The position numbers were made by a program, and so were the translations under genes. The notes under the pieces were generated by a model, which saw only the letters and a program-made list of their open reading frames with translations, made no database searches and was not told the DNA's origin. 64,000 nt of DNA. It comes from a bacterium (GTDB taxonomy: Bacteria; SAR324; NAC60-12). This document shows, one piece after another, positions 63,407 through 64,000 of the stretch; the stretch's first letter is position 1; each line of letters starts with the position of its first letter. The stretch spans positions 1,056,001-1,120,000 of the forward strand of contig OZ242383.1 of the NCBI GenBank assembly GCA_965209155.1, read 5' to 3'.

Positions 63407-63712
63407 CTACCCTAACAATCGCTCACAGGCGCAGTAGAATGCGTTGCAGTCGACCAGGGCGAATACTTGATTCATTGGATCTCCCGCGCGACCGCCACCA
63501 CGATCCCCCAAACGGCGACTTCCATTTCGTTTGAAACTCGGATATCCATGATAATGGGGGCTGTCCGATCTCAGGATCACGCCCTTTCTGAAACGAAATA
63601 TTCGTTTGCAAAGCAGTTCGCCTTCGAATGCGATGACCGCTACCCGGCCGTCCACCAGGTCGACACTGCGGTCGACGATTAAAACGTCGTCCTGGAGAAT
63701 GAGAGGCGCCAT
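63407..63712 (-). pseudogene. umuD (S24 peptidase) C-terminal and umuC N-terminal remnants
   Basis: DDVLIVDRS, GELLCKR; then MNQVFALVDCNAFYCACERL, truncated. Confidence 0.8.
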
Positions 63713-63725
63713 CGCCTTTTCCGAT

Positions 63726-64000
63726 TTTTGAGTGGGTCCGAAATGCGAATGGGAAGAAAGGGCAGGTTGCCTTCGCCCCGGATAACTACGACCTTATGTG
63801 GGCTCCTGCCCTTTATGACAATTGGGTATCAAAAGACAGCAAAATGAGCTTTCATTCATTTGCAGTGATCACCGGCGACCCGCCACCGGAAATCGAGGAA
63901 CAGGGGCACGATCGTTGTCCCATTTTTCTGCAGGAAACCCTGATCGACGACTGGCTTCAACCCCAAGGTAAATCCGCAGACTACTACTACGAATTACTGC
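63726..64000 (+). pseudogene. SOS response-associated peptidase (SRAP) fragment, runs off window
   Basis: FEWV...SFAVITGDPPPEI...GHDRCPIFL...DDWL; N-terminus missing. Confidence 0.7.

Overview
Bacterial genomic window, probably from a deltaproteobacteria-like lineage (a weak inference from the ribosomal proteins). 1-14 kb (minus strand): str-S10-spc ribosomal superoperon from rpsL to a partial secY, with rplC missing from its usual place and an EF-G that is diverged in domain IV. 14-33 kb: housekeeping and metabolic genes (nadE, ChlI/D-like chelatase subunit, frameshifted cobN, cobD/cbiB, SulP-STAS-cNMP, split pntAB, two LivJ-like binding proteins, a SAM methyltransferase). 33.4-64 kb: an accessory/defence island that opens with a 1.4-kb nested GTCATTCC-REP array. 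It is then punctuated by eight co-oriented copies of a ~600-720-bp non-autonomous Y1(HUH)/RAYT-derived element with ~24-bp inverted ends. Gene 'cassettes' lie between the copies: a type IIG/ISP-like R-M enzyme, two MTases plus an ORF, three Rpn-like genes with a probable intragenic small ORF, an aquaporin and an XcyI-like R-M pair. Three copies carry a 698-nt ORF-less group II intron inserted inside their right inverted end. The island also holds a four-gene IS21-family element with iteron-like repeats and a 5-bp TSD, IS5/ISKra4/IS256 debris, a nonsense-disrupted MBL-fold operon and umuDC/SRAP remnants. All calls were made by eye, without database searches.
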